A stretch of DNA of 47,091 nt from Eledone cirrhosa (lineage: Eukaryota), in assembly GCA_964016885.1 (NCBI GenBank), contig CAXHJY010001539.1:1-47091 (forward strand), read 5' to 3'. Positions 12,555-26,846 of this stretch are shown piece by piece; the first letter of the stretch is position 1; each line of letters starts with the position of its first letter. The position numbers were made by a program, and so were the translations under genes. The notes under the pieces are model-generated. The model was not told the DNA's origin and searched no databases. It saw nothing but the letters and a program-made list of their open reading frames with translations.

Positions 12555-13072
12555 TCGCAATACACATTATACACTATACACTTACGTTTTTTCTCCTTTC
12601 TTTCTCGTTAAAAACTGACAAAGAAATCGGCTGCCATTGAACGAAGCAGCCTTGTGCTTGGCTTACGAACAGACACGCTCCGTGTTCGGATTGTAGTAAG
12701 ACAGGGGACAATGTATTGCCCGATACAACGACAGGACAACAGGATGACAGGACGATGGAGCATTGTAGTGGTTGGGTCAGTGGGGGAGAGTGGGGGGAGG
12801 AGGATGTAGGGTTGTAGAGGGCGTGGGGGGGGGGGGGGGGTGAAGTGGCGGAAGGTGGTGGAAGTGGTGAATATCAAAGAGGAACTTTAGAGGAGTTTGA
12901 CTCTGCTGTACTCTGCTCTAGTCTACTGTATGTATTGTGTATGTATAACTGTAGTAGGGTCTCATTTGGGAGATAGATGGATAGACAGATAGATAGGTAG
13001 GTAGATAGGTGGACAGATAGATAGATAGAGAGATAGATAGAGAGAGAGAGATAGAGATAGATAGATAGATAG

Positions 13073-13133
<61 letters not shown>

Positions 13134-13173
13134 ATACTCTGTATATATTTATAGATACAAAATTATCATAAAC

Positions 13174-13205
<32 letters not shown>

Positions 13206-14043
13206 CCTTTATCATCATCACCACCACACACTACAATCACCACCGTCACCACAATCACCGCCACCACCACCACCACAATCACCACCATCAGAATCACCGC
13301 CATCACCACCACCACCACCACCACCACCACCACCACCACCACAATCACCACCATCACCACAACCACAATCACCACCACCACCACCATCACCAACACCACC
13401 ACCACCACCACAATCTCCACCACCACCACCACCACCACCACAATCACCACCAACACTACCATCGCCGCCGCCACCACCACCACCACCACCGCCGCCGCCA
13501 TCAACACACCATTAACCACACCAAACCAAACCCAGCCACGAAACCTCACTCAATTAACTTTAAACATTACATTTTAAATACGTTGGCTTATCTGCTCATT
13601 TCCCATCTCCACAACCATCTCCCCCACCAGCCTTTTTATAGATTTTATATTGTATTATATTATTTTGTATTTATATTGCATTGTATTTTATATTTCTACA
13701 TTGTTATTATCATTATTATTATATTTATTATTATGTTGGTCTTCATCTCGATTTTTATTATTTTTATCTTTGTTTTTGTTTTGGTTATGGTTTTTGTTAT
13801 ATTTTACCGTATCACACTCAAAAAACTAACGCCCACCATTTTGTAATGCAGTCCTGTTGTATAATGTTTTCACCTACAACACCCAACCTACCCCCATCAC
13901 ACCCGTGGCCCCTCTTCCTTGCGGCAATGAATATAAACCCCCCATTATTATCATTATTATTAACTGTTCCCCTCCCATCAAATTTCTGACCTCGTTCCTG
14001 TATACATATATATTTATATATATATGTGTGTGTGTGTGTATTA

Positions 14044-14121
<78 letters not shown>

Positions 14122-14217
14122 ATAATAATAAATGTGAAGATTACAATCAGAAGATCCCGTTAAGGGTGAAAGCAGGGATTCTTTGCTTAAACTTTAATCT
14201 GTTATTTTAATAAATAA

Positions 14218-14308
<91 letters not shown>

Positions 14309-14389
14309 ATAAGAAACGGAGAATCATTGGTGCGACGAATTAAAATTTATTGGACATATTACAATCGTTTCTCTAGCGACCAACTCGAG

Positions 14390-14466
14390 GCACGATCGAT
14401 GCGATGATCGAACGTGACTCTGAAATCACAAGATCCTCAGATACCGCATTCGGACGCTTTAAGCAT
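14390..14466 (+). mobile_element. Possible degenerate RTE reverse-transcriptase fragment
   Basis: IDAMIERDSEITRSSDTAFGRFK loosely resembles the RTE motif IDxEIxxRIxKASxAFGRL. Confidence 0.3.
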
Positions 14467-14492
14467 CCCACACCAATTATATATATATATAC

Positions 14493-14528
<36 letters not shown>

Positions 14529-14589
14529 ATTTATATATACATACATATATATATATGTATACATATATATATATATTCCCACTTTTCTC

Positions 14590-14612
14590 CTGATGAAGGG
14601 CTTATGCCCGAA
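14590..14612 (+). other. Truncated or degenerate hammerhead core
   Basis: CTGATGA-a-GGGC ttat GCCC-GAA then T instead of A. No stem III or 3' strand of stem I. Confidence 0.45.
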
Positions 14613-14648
14613 TCAAGCATGATGTGAACTGTAAGCCCCTAACATTGG

Positions 14649-14860
14649 TAGGCACCTAACACTGGTAATAAGCTCAAGCTAAATGTGAAATGTAGGCACC
14701 TAACACTGGTTATAGGCTCAAGCTAGATGTGGAATGTAGGCACGCAGTGCTGGTTACAGGCTCAAGCTAAATGTGGAATGTAGGCACCAAATGATGGTAA
14801 TAGGCTCAAACTAGATGTGAATTGTAGGCACCCAACACTGGTAATAGTCTCAAGCTAGAT
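14649..14860. repeat. 44-bp minisatellite, ~4.8 diverged copies
   Basis: taggcac starts at 14649, 14693, 14737, 14781, 14825. Confidence 0.9.
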
Positions 14861-15494
14861 ACGAAACGCCGGCGCCATTCTAAACTGCTCATTAAGTATT
14901 TCAGTAATCACTACTAAACATATATGATTTATGCATGAGTTACAGGTATATGCATGTAGATGTAGTGTACATGATATATTTGGACGTAAGAGAACCAAAA
15001 AAAAAAAAGAATTAGATTTTAAAGGTAGTAAGTAAACCTTTTAACACCCACCAACCCATCTATTCCATCTTCTAAATCGTAGGTCCATGCCAGCTGGCCT
15101 ACCTTGCCTTTATCCTTTGTTCAGATCTGTGTATGACAAACCGTCTTATCATTAAACAATGTCTGACTATTTACGTTTTAACACTATAGCTTTTACTTCC
15201 GGTACATGAATTATTTAATGGCGAAACCTTGTTCATTTTTGCATGCGAAGCCATTGTTGCTAACATACATCAGTTGTTGGTCTTCTGCAAACAACAGGTT
15301 AGTAACAAGTAGCATTCCCTCTTTTATTTATTTATCTATTTATCTATGTACGTATTTATGTTTTAATGTATTTTTGTTTTTTGTTAACATAGTTTAATTA
15401 TATAACAAAAACCACCACCATCACTACTACTACTACCATCATCACCACTACCTCTATCACAACCACCACCACAACCACCACCACCACCACCACC

Positions 15495-15528
<34 letters not shown>

Positions 15529-16499
15529 GCACGACCACTAACACTACTACTATCATCACTACTGCCACATCACAACCACTACTACTGCTAACACCACCAC
15601 CATTATCACCACCACTGCCACCATCACCACAACCATCTACACCATCATCGTCACCACCACCATAACAATAACCCATCCTTCATACTAGGAGGAGGAACGG
15701 AGGATTATAATCGAACTAGCTGTTTCACAAGATCACAACTAACATATTGATTTCTCGTTACATACAGTGTCACAATTATATCGGACCCAGTTCTCCACTG
15801 GTACTTACCTAATCGAAACACAATCCCTACAACTCTCGGGTCCCAAATAATAGGGGGGTTGGAATAAGTGGGGTGGGATTTGTAAATTTTTCTAGGTTGT
15901 CTCTTTTAAAAAAAAAACAGAATTAGTCGTTTAGTTTACATATTGAGACCCCAACCCATCTTATTTATTTTATAACGTATAGGATTTCTTGTAATACACT
16001 TTATTGTCACGTTTAATATATATATTATATACAGTAGCAGAAAAACCACTCGAAGGGTGGTTTTCTGCTAGCATGTGTAGTGTGCATATTTACATTATAT
16101 GCAAATATACATGTATGTAGATATGATATGTCAAATAAAATCGTAATTGACAATATGCTCAGAAATTGAAGAGAGACTGTGTTACACTCTCTTCCGTAAT
16201 CAGTAAGGTGATCCATGATACATTTAAAAAAGACGATATTGTATATAAACTGGATTACGGTGAAATGTAATGAAACCTTATATAACGATGCAAATATATG
16301 GATGTTTATATAAACGATGTAATAAGTGTTATGATATAACGAACGCTAACCGGGAGTGTAGACATTTGAAAATGTCAAAAGAAGTGAATCTTAAAATGAA
16401 CAATCATTATATATAAGAATATTTATGTTTAATCAACGGCTACGAACTTTAGTTGATAAATTATGTAATATTCATTCATTATTCATTCAATGCTGGATT

Positions 16500-16689
16500 G
16501 GCGGTGGATTGGCAGTATCGGTAGAGGGTCGGACGCCATGCTTTCCAGCATAGTTACGTCCCTTTACGATCTGAGTTCAAATCCCGCCGAGGTTGACTTT
16601 GCCTTTCATCCTTACGGGGTCGATAAAATAAAGTACCAGTAATGCACTGGGTAATTGCTGGCCTTGTGCCAAAAGTAGAAACAATTATT
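16500..16689 (+). mobile_element. Full-length tRNA-derived SINE (short variant)
   Basis: Same A/B boxes, core and tail as 3736-3927. Confidence 0.85.
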
Positions 16690-16785
16690 TATTCAAAGTA
16701 ATCTAACTTACGGTATTTTACTAACGGGATAAAAAAAAATATATTCTGGACGCAGTCCCGCACTCCTTACTTTATTATAGTTATG

Positions 16786-16824
<39 letters not shown>

Positions 16825-17065
16825 GTGGCTTCTATGGCATTCTCCGCTTAACCACTGTTTTCAATTTGTACATATTAGTTTATTTAAGAATGATAACAAA
16901 GACAAGTTATTATAAAATAATATGTAATATATCAGACTCTGTATCTGAAAGATTGACTCAACGAAATACGGAACCATTCTCTCGATCTCACTGAACTACA
17001 AGCTAACGGATTACATTGAGTTCTAACTACAGTATAGACCCTACCGTGAAAGGTAGACCACATAT

Positions 17066-17123
<58 letters not shown>

Positions 17124-17750
17124 TGTATGTATAGCATATTTGGCAATATACTGTATGTTTAATTTTATATATATATATGCAAAAAATAAACGGAAACATC
17201 AAAGCAAAAGACACGGTACAATCAAGAAATATATTAGTTTCACACTTGATATATTATGAAAAAATAGTCTTTACATTTCGGACATTAGTCCTACTTCAAA
17301 AGATAGACTAAGAAATATAAGACGAAATAGAAAGAGGGTGAGAAGAGAAAGGAAGGGAACATTTTTTTCTTAAAAACAAGATCATGTTTATTCAGTCAGA
17401 CATTTGGGGAAAGTGTGTGTATGTGTGTGTGTGTGTGGGGGGGGGGGGGGGTATTTGTCTGTGTATGTGTGCGTGTGTGTGTGTGCGTGCGTGCGTGTGT
17501 GTGTATTGTGGTTGTAACGGTGGTGGGTGGTTGCGGGAGAGGAGGGACGAATATTAACATCTTCGTTAAATAGAGTTTCAGACATCAACAATTAATGACT
17601 GGATAACGACAGATTGGCGACAGAGAGAACACACTTACAGGAAGTCTAAGAGGAGAGGATGTGAGGTGGTGAGAAGGTGGAGGGTGAGGAAGGGGGATAT
17701 GGGGAGGAGGAGGGGTGTATGGGTAGAGGGGGACGGGGGACGGGGGACGG

Positions 17751-17901
17751 GAAGAAGAAGAAGAAGAAGAAGAAGAAGAAGAAGAAGAAGAAGAAGAAGA
17801 AGAAGAAGAAGAAGAAGAAGACGATGAAGAAGTAGAAGAAGACAACGACGACGACGACGAAGAAGAAGAAGAAGACGATGAAGAAGTAGAAGAAGAAGAC
17901 A

Positions 17902-17935
<34 letters not shown>

Positions 17936-18002
17936 AGAAGAAGAAGAAGAAGAAGAAGAAGAAGAAGAAGAAGAAGAAGAAGAAGAAGAAGAAGAAGAAG
18001 AG
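17751..18002. repeat. (GAA)n/(GAC)n compound microsatellite
   Basis: Direct observation. Confidence 0.95.
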
Positions 18003-18481
18003 TGCTGAAAGAAAGGTGCAATCTGATTTCGTTGACATGATATTGTGTGAGTGTTTTGAGTGAAATTCAAATGAAAATGTAATTTCTTGCTGTCTGAAGT
18101 TGAACGAGGACTCCATTGTGGTGTTTGCTCCAACTTTATGTCAACAAGGATAGTGAAAGTAGGAAATAATATGGCCTCCGAGCATGAGAAAAGGTTGGCT
18201 AAGTGTAACGTGGTGTGTATATTGTGTGGTGTTGTGTGTTGTTGTTGCTGTTGAATGTCTGTGTGTGTATCTGTTGCGTATGTTGCTTGCGTTGTGTGGG
18301 AGATATCTAGTGTATGTATGTGTGCAGTGTTGTCAGTATTTGTGCGTATGCGTGCATATAAATATATATATATATTTATGTGTGTGTGTGTATATATATG
18401 TATATATATATTTATTTATATATTTATTTATTTATATATTTATATATATATGTATATATGTATATATATATATATATATAC

Positions 18482-18516
<35 letters not shown>

Positions 18517-18762
18517 TGTATGTATGTATGTATGTATGTATGTATGTATATATATGTGTGTGTGTGTGTGCGTGTGAGTGTGTATGACGAAGTAGTAGAA
18601 GAAAAAGTGGGAGAGGAAAGGAGCCGGGGTGAAAAAAAATACAAGTCAATCAATAAATAAATAATAACAACAACAATAACAATATGAGCAAAACCACAGA
18701 TTTGGGGGAAGGAAGGATGTAGTTGAGAAGATCAAACCTTACACTTCCTTAATAATAATAAC

Positions 18763-19496
18763 AATGGTTTCTGATTCAGGCACAAGGCCAACAATTTAGG
18801 GAGAGGGGAGATTCGATTAAATCAACCCCAGTGCGTTACTGGTACTTCATTTTATCGACCCCGTAAGGATGAAAGTCAAAACTAATCTCTGTGGGAGTTG
18901 AACTCAGGACATAAAAAGACGTAACTATGTCACAAAGCATGTCATCCGACGCTCTACAGATATTACCAATCTACCGGGCTCTATCTAAGTAAGTGTTTCT
19001 ACTTTGGGCACAAGGCCAGCAATTACTCCAGTGCATTACTGGTACTTTATTTTATCGACCCCGTAAGAATGAAAGGCAAAGGTAACCTCGGCGGGATTTG
19101 AACTCAGAACATAAAGGGTCATAACTCCATGCTACAAAACATGGTGTCTGACGCTCTACTGATACTGCCAATCCACCGCCCTATCTAAATAATGATTTCT
19201 AGTATTGGCACAAGGCCAGTAATTTGGGGGAGGGACAAGTCGATTAAATGGATCACAGTACGTTACTGGTACTTTATTTTATTGACCCCGTAAGGTGGTG
19301 GTGGTGGTGGTGGTGGTCGGGGCGCTACTGAATTGATCCCAGTAATTGACCACAACTGTATTTTTATCGACCCTTGAAAAGAAGAAAGGTAAATTTGACC
19401 TCGACGAGATTTGAATGCAGAACGTAAAAAGCTGAATCAAACCCAGAAATCCATTTGGTCCGGTCCAACGCCCTATTTATTCTCCAATTCCCCGCC
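18763..19496 (-). mobile_element. Cluster of four same-orientation SINE copies (one truncated, one old)
   Basis: Repeated ggcacaaggcca...ttttatcgacccc...tgaactcag modules at ~18763, ~18994, ~19190 and ~19330. Confidence 0.85.
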
Positions 19497-20153
19497 CTAA
19501 CTTCATTTTATCGACCATCTTTTCCTCTTTCTTAGAAGAATTAATGAAATGATACAGTCAACGTAAGGCAGGATTTGAGAACAAAATCTTTAGAAGAGAA
19601 CCAAAATAACAGAAAATAAAAGAAAATATAAGGCGAGCAAAGGTTAAGACGTAATTTCAATACAGCATCGTAGAAAAATAGATAAATAGCAATTATATAA
19701 GTTAATAAATTAATAAATAAATAAGTAAATTAATTAATAATGAGATAATTAAAGGCTTTTTTCAAAATAAAAATGTCGGCAGAAGGCAAATGTGAAATGA
19801 ATCCTGACTTTGATAGTATTGGGAGGTGCGAGGGGGGTGTGGCGAGGAACAGTGGGAGGTGGGAGAGGGAGAGGATAGGAATAGGAAGGAGAGGAACAGT
19901 GGGAGGTGGGAGATGGAGAGGCTAGAAGTAGTAAGAGGAACAGTGGTGAGGTGGGAGTGGAGGATACTAACATCCGCTTAATTCCTCTTCAGATTTTAAT
20001 GAGGTTTTGTTTGTTTTGTGTCTGTTTCTTTTTTATATTTATGTACACATACACATACACATACACATATACATACATATCTATAAACGTATACATACAC
20101 ACAGACACAGACACACACATATATATATATATATACATATACATATAAATATA

Positions 20154-20193
<40 letters not shown>

Positions 20194-20204
20194 TATATAT
20201 ATAC

Positions 20205-20235
<31 letters not shown>

Positions 20236-21058
20236 CTACCACCACAGACCACCTCCCTCTATTATTTACCTCTCTAATTTAACTCCCATATTTCGCAGCC
20301 CCTTCAGTGTTTTGCCATGAAAGTGTTACTGATCGTCAGTGGAGTTAATTGGCCGTCATCAGTGATGGGGGGGATGAGGGGGGGAAGGAGGAGGAGGAGG
20401 GGGGGGGGGGGGGGGCAATAGTGTGTGTTGGTGTAGCGGGAGAGGGGGGGGAAGGTAGGGCTTGTAGTAGTGGTGGGAGTCAAGGCTCAAAAAGACAAGG
20501 AAAGAGGGATTGAGGGTTGCGGTGATGCGGATGAGGGGGAGGGGCGTAGTGGATGGGGGGGTTGGGTACAGTGGTAGAGATTTGAGGAGGAGGGGAGGGG
20601 GAGGGGGAGGACGACGACGACGACGAGATGGAGGAGGAGAAGGTGATGGAGGAGGAGGAAGAGGAGGAAGTGGAGGAGGAGGAGGAGGGGGACGAGAAGG
20701 AGAAGGTGGTGGTGGAGGAGGTGGAGGAGGAGAGATGGTGGTGGAGAAGGAGGAGGGGAGGAGGAATAGCAGACGACGATGCCTATATGTAAGATGGTGA
20801 CGGGTGCGGTCGGGGAGTTGGAAGAGTCAGGACCCCAAGGAGACCCAAGAAACGAGGAAAAGGGAGAGGTAGGGTGAGGGGATGAAGGAGCCATAGACCC
20901 AATGAAAGGGTGGAGGGGTGACAGGGGTTGTAACGGGCGAGCACACGAAGCTTTTACATTTAGGTGAAGGAGTGTTGGAAATTAAAATGGTCACCCGTTG
21001 TAAAAAGATCGTTGTATGTGTGTGTGTATGTGAGTGTAGCTATGTGTGTGGGTGTGTA

Positions 21059-21093
<35 letters not shown>

Positions 21094-21136
21094 GTATGTG
21101 TGTATGTGTATGTATATATGTATGTGTGTATGTGCA

Positions 21137-21173
<37 letters not shown>

Positions 21174-21276
21174 GTGTGTATGTGCATGTGTATGTGTGTA
21201 TGTATGTATGTGTGAAAGAAAGGGAGAAGAGGAGGACCAAACAGTGAAAGAGAGAGAACAGTCAAAGAGAGAGAGA

Positions 21277-21745
21277 CAACAACACTACTACCACCACAAC
21301 TACTACCGCCATCACTACTATTACCACAACTACCATCACTACCACTACTATTACCACAACTACCACCACAACCACCTCCACCACCGCCACCGCCACCGCC
21401 ACGACCACCACGAGCACCACCACCACCATCACCACTACCACGACCATCACCACTACCACCACCACCACTACCACCACCACCACTACCAGCACCACCAACA
21501 ACAACAACACAACCACCACAACCACTACCACAACGACCACCATCACAACAACCACTACCACCGCCACCACCACCACTACCACCGCCACAACAACCACTAC
21601 CACCGCCACCACCACCACTACTACCACCACTACCACCACCACTACTACCAACACAACAACCACTACCACCACCACCACCACTACTACTACCACCACTACC
21701 GCCACCACTACCACCACCACCACAACCACTACTACCACCACCACC
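21277..21745. repeat. (CAC/TAC/AAC)n trinucleotide tract
   Basis: Direct observation; source of the poly-His and poly-Val pseudo-ORFs. Confidence 0.9.
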
Positions 21746-22120
21746 CTCTCCACCTAATTATCAAAACCTATGTTGAAGCGCTTCCTTTTTCTAAGTGAAA
21801 TATTTGTTAATGGTTATTGCTATTTAATAAGGGGAGAGGGAAGTGTGAGAGGGTGGGAGAGCTAGACCCCCCAACCTCTTTAGGGGCCGGGGTTGGAGTA
21901 AATAGACACTCCCTTAAACACTAAAGAACATTAGAACCCCTTGTTTTGTGTGGCAGGCGTTGAAGTAAATAGAAATCCCATCAAATCGAAGAAACTGAAG
22001 CCAACTACTTAAAGACTTTTACTTGATCTGTGGTCGGCCTTGTTGTTGTTGTTGCTGCCATTGCTGCTATTAAGCCCCAGATTTCCTCTGATCAAAGCTG
22101 TCTATATGTTCGTTATTTTT

Positions 22121-22753
22121 GGATTGGCAGTATCGGTAGAGGGTCGGACGCCATGCTTTGCAAGCAAAGAGTTACGGCCCTTTATAATCTGAGTTCAAAT
22201 CTCGTCGAGGTTAACTTTGCCTTTCATCTTTACGAGGTCGATAAAATAAAGTACCAGTCATGCACTGAGGTCGATTTAATCGACTTTCCCCTCTATAATT
22301 GTTGGCTTTGTGCCTATATAAGAAACCATTGGCGGATTGGCAGTATCGTTAGAGGGTCGGACGCCATGCTTTGACGCATAGAGTTAAGGCCCTTTCCATT
22401 CTGAGTTCAAATCCCGTCGAGGTTAACTTTGCCTTTCATCCTTACGGGATCGATAAAATAAAGTATCAGTAATGTACTAGGTAATTGCTGGCCTTGTGCC
22501 AAAAGTGGAAACAGTTTTATTAAAAGACTACGGGCAGTGGATTGGCAGTATCGCTGGAGGGTCGGACACCATGCTTTGCAGCATAGAGTTACGGCCCTTT
22601 ATGATTTGAGTTCAAATCCCGCCGAGGTTAACTTTGCCTTTCATCCTTACGGGGTCGATAAAATAAAGTACCAGTCGTGCACTGGGGTCGATTTAATCGA
22701 CTTTCCCCTCCCCCATAATTGTTGACCTTGTGCCTACATAAGAAACCATTATT
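22121..22753 (+). mobile_element. Three head-to-tail SINE copies (long-short-long)
   Basis: ggattggcagtatcg at ~22121, ~22335 and ~22539. Long copies carry an extra ggtcgatttaatcgactttcccc segment. Confidence 0.87.
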
Positions 22754-22769
22754 TCAAGATATAACATTG

Positions 22770-22992
22770 TGTCTGATCAGACTTTTAGCGGCAAAGTCCA
22801 CCGAGAGGAGACCTAGGACACAGGTGAAGGTAGACAACGGGCAAAATGGTTGGATAATATCCATAAACCCGGTTGGTGTCGCTTGGGGATCCAGCCAGAT
22901 CAAATAAAGACATTTGTTTCTGAAAGAACCCTCTGGAAGCTGATTCTCGGGACTCTGCTCACACGCCCCACGACACTCGTAGAAAGAAGAAG
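22770..22992 (+). mobile_element. 3' fragment of an RTE-clade (Rex3-like) LINE
   Basis: Translates RRPR...KWLDNIHKPGWCRLGIQPDQIKTFVSERTLWKLILGTLLTRP, resembling the recalled Rex3/RTE C-terminus. Ends gaagaagt. Confidence 0.65.
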
Positions 22993-23034
22993 TATGTATA
23001 TACAAACATACATGCATAAATACATACATATTGG

Positions 23035-23107
<73 letters not shown>

Positions 23108-23151
23108 CTGTGTGTGTATGTATGTATGTATGTATGTATGTATGTATATTA

Positions 23152-23758
23152 TGTCAGGTCACCAGTTGGTGCTACTGGTAACATGTATCCCAGTACAACC
23201 TGTCTCATGGTCGGGTCGTTGGCGACTAAACTGGCAACCCCACCAAGGTTTCTTGGTGAGGAGGGTGACTTTGGACATCCTGCAGGATTAAAAACAAAAC
23301 TTGTCAAAGGGCAAAGGAGCTCTTAAGAGTCAATGGCCATCCAAAATCACCGGGAGAGATGACCCCTTAGCCTTTGTCAAGGCAGAATTCTAGGAGAAGG
23401 AAAACTCTGATATAACACCTGCAACTCTGATGGTATCCAATGATGTTGACTTGTTCTTCTTTTTGGTAAATATCATCTTGGTTAAGAGAGTGGGACTGGC
23501 TTTGTGCAATGCCTTTGCTCACTATAAAAGCTTCACGGCACAAGCATTGCTTTATATCTGGAGATCTCTCTGCACTTGTCGTCACATGGTACCATGGGCC
23601 CAGCACTATGTGTCAATAATGGTCACAAGTGTAGTGTTTGTACCAGAGTTTTCAAGTCGCTGGCTGGACTAAAAAGTCACACTCGTTCAGCGCATCGGTA
23701 GGGGTTCTCCTACATGGATATAAAGTAGTGGCCGTACTCTAAAACGAGTTGGCAGCCA

Positions 23759-23760
<2 letters not shown>
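23152..23760 (+). mobile_element. Non-autonomous RTE-derived retroelement retaining a C-terminal C2H2-like remnant
   Basis: 23624-23701 reads HKCSVCTRVFKSLAGLKSHTRSAHR*. The 3' end gccgtactc...ggcagccacc is followed by (AT)n. The body is homologous to 5871-6310 (-) and 4400-4480. Confidence 0.68.
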
Positions 23761-23810
<50 letters not shown>

Positions 23811-23814
<4 letters not shown>

Positions 23815-24211
23815 AACGTTTAAAGTTAGAAGGCCAAAACAATGCAGGTATGGATATAGAATATAAATACAAATGCAAAAGATATCGCTGACAATTAGTC
23901 TTTTACCTTAAATTTATTTGAATATCCTTATATTTCGAGATAATATCTCTTCTTCAGAGGAAAGTAAAGGGGTTAATCCAGTGTTGTAATTAGCTTGCCA
24001 AGTCACGTTGCCAAGCTGACTTGGCAAGCTAATTACAACACTGGATTAACTCCTTTACTTCCCTCTGAAGAAGAGATATTATCTCGAAAATTAAGGATAT
24101 TCAAATAAATTTAAGGTAAAAGACTAATTGTCAGCGATATCTTTTGCATTTGTATTTATATTCTATATCCGTACCTGCATTGTTTTGGCCTTCTAACTTT
24201 AAACGTTTATA
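23811..24211. mobile_element. 195-bp inverted repeat (23811-24005 / 24017-24211) with one minimal hammerhead per arm; Penelope-like inverted terminal repeat
   Basis: Near-perfect arms with an 11-nt spacer. Cores CTGAAGA-a-GAGAT att ATCTC-GAAA at 24061-24097 (+) and 23925-23961 (-). (AT)n lies on both sides. Confidence 0.8.
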
Positions 24212-24247
24212 CCTCACTACGCAATGCTTCAAGTAAACTACAATTTC

Positions 24248-24325
<78 letters not shown>

Positions 24326-24654
24326 GAAAATGAACAACCAAAAACATAGGAGGCAATTTTACACAGTTATATTAGGTTCACGCTTGTTAGAAGAGAGGAG
24401 GTTTCGATGTTTCAGACAGAAGTCCTTCATATGTATATAAATCCGAAGAACCATGGATCATTGTTTTCAATATTGTAAGTCATTATCTTTATTACTCGCC
24501 ACCACTACCACCAACTCCCAAAAAAGAAAATACGACTGCAGAATTGTCGAAGCAAAAAGCACCGCAAGAAGATATCAAGTTCTATTACCCAGAAAAGATA
24601 TCTCAGTCTGATGTTTGCAACAAAATGGACTCCACTGAAATGTCCAAGGAATCG

Positions 24655-24973
24655 TTGTAGTCAGGGTCGAATTAAGTTCTTTTGAGGCCCTAGTTTGTAG
24701 TCAGGGTGGAATTAAATCTCTTTGAGGCTCTAGGTTGAAATCAGGACTGCATTAACTCCATTTGATGCCCTAAGTTGTAGTCAAGGTCAAATTAAATCAC
24801 TTTGAGGGCTTAATTGGTAGTTAAGGTGGAATTAAGTCCATTTGAGACCCTAAGTTGTAGTCTAGGCTGAATTAAGGCCATTCGAGACCCTAAATTCTGG
24901 TCAAGGCTGAACTGAGTTCCTTTGAGGGCCTAAGTTGTTCCAAGGTCGAATTATGTCTATTTGAAGCCCTAAG
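24655..24973. repeat. 40-bp minisatellite, ~8 diverged copies
   Basis: Unit ~ttgtagtcagggtcgaattaagttcttttgaggccctaag, starting at 24655, 24695 and so on. Confidence 0.88.
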
Positions 24974-25843
24974 AACTTTAAAGATTATGGTGCCGCCTGT
25001 CCGCCCACATAACATATGTCCCCCAAATATATTTAATTATAATAAAATTGTACCCCTCTTCTCTTGATGCCAAGCAATGCGTTTATTTTGCTCAATGGTT
25101 AATACAGCCTTGATTGTAGTAGTTGGTGCTGGTGATTTATGGTGGGTTCAAACGATAGATTGCCACACAGATTTCTATCCGTCTCCCAAATTTTACTCAT
25201 ATCTCAGCTCTGATAAACCGACGCTTTGTCCCCAAACTCCAGTCCACCCCGCGCAATGCCTAGGCCTGTCAATTTGTCAATTAGAAGGATCGAACCTGGG
25301 AAGTGTGTGATTGAGCAGCGAACTACTTAAACCACACGACCATGCTTTGCTAACTACGCCTGAGCGGCACAAAACATGACCGGGTAAATAAACGAAATGA
25401 AAAGGTTTGTATTTGATTCACTGAAAATGAATTCATCAAAACAATCAAAATAATCCAACAAAACAAATAAATATATAAATGAACAACAAATATATTCAAG
25501 AAAAATAAAAGAGAAATTTTTTTTTTTTAAAACCTAGGTATTTTGGCGTGAGGAATAGAAATATTTAGCCTTTATTCCTTGTTTGTATTTTCTATTCATT
25601 GGTAAATCCTTCTATTGGAGTGGAGATCAACAAACGGAAACAATAGATATTTTCAATTTTTATCGTCTCCTGCGCTAAAAGAGGTCCGTTTAAAACCTTC
25701 GTGTTGTAATCAATAGGTTTGTGTCCCCTTGTTGTTAGGGTAAATTGATTTGGCTGGTTACCACCAAATACTTTAAAATATGTCTCTGAGATTAGTGTAA
25801 ATAAAACAAACAATAACAGAAGAAGAAGAAGAAGAAGAAGAAG

Positions 25844-25874
<31 letters not shown>

Positions 25875-26029
25875 CTACAACAAAAACAACGATAAGAATA
25901 ACAACAACAGCAGCAAGAACAAGAACATGAAATGCACACAAACACACATACACGGGCACACAAACACACACACACACATGCATGCACACACGTATACATG
26001 CACACGGACGTTCACACACACGCACACAC

Positions 26030-26090
<61 letters not shown>

Positions 26091-26734
26091 CACACACTCA
26101 TACAACCCCAGACCATTCATACTTTAAAGAAAAATAATAAACAGGAGTAATACAAAGCAAAAAGCCAAAAAAAAAAGAAATAGAAAAAAATAATAACAAC
26201 GAAAGAAAAGAAACGAGTAAAGAAGGCGAACAAAAATATATAACAACAACAACAACAACAACAACAACAATAACAACAGCAATAACAATAACAACAACAA
26301 TAGCAATAACAATTACAATAACAACAGCAAAAAGAACATTCAAGAGTGTCGTTTGGATTGATTTCGTGAGATGCTGGCAAATAGCGAGCATTTGTAGGAT
26401 AATAGTGAGCATACAATAACTGTTTCAGTGGTGAACGGCACGGATGTTTATTGTGTTATGATAGTATCATTGGTGAAGCTACGTGTTTGGAGTAACTCCA
26501 CCATAGCCGCTCCCTTATTTCACAGTCAAAGACCATAATTAAAGTTGCAATTCCCGTTTATTCAATCAAACTATCGTCCCTGACGTTTGATAAAAACATC
26601 GTTTCGTATAAACCACAAATATCGACCACTGATTTCTTTATGTGATTTAAAAGTGCTCCTTCTGTTTGAGTTTAGCAGACGATCTATCTATCTGTCTACC
26701 TATCTATTTATCTCTCCCTGCTCTCTCTCTCTCG

Positions 26735-26843
<109 letters not shown>

Positions 26844-26846
26844 GTA

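Noticed and set aside
12586-12877. Minus-strand unique segment ending in a gtaag donor as a TLX hinge or LBD exon
   Set aside because: No frame gives AVQHERGPR or LBD signature motifs.
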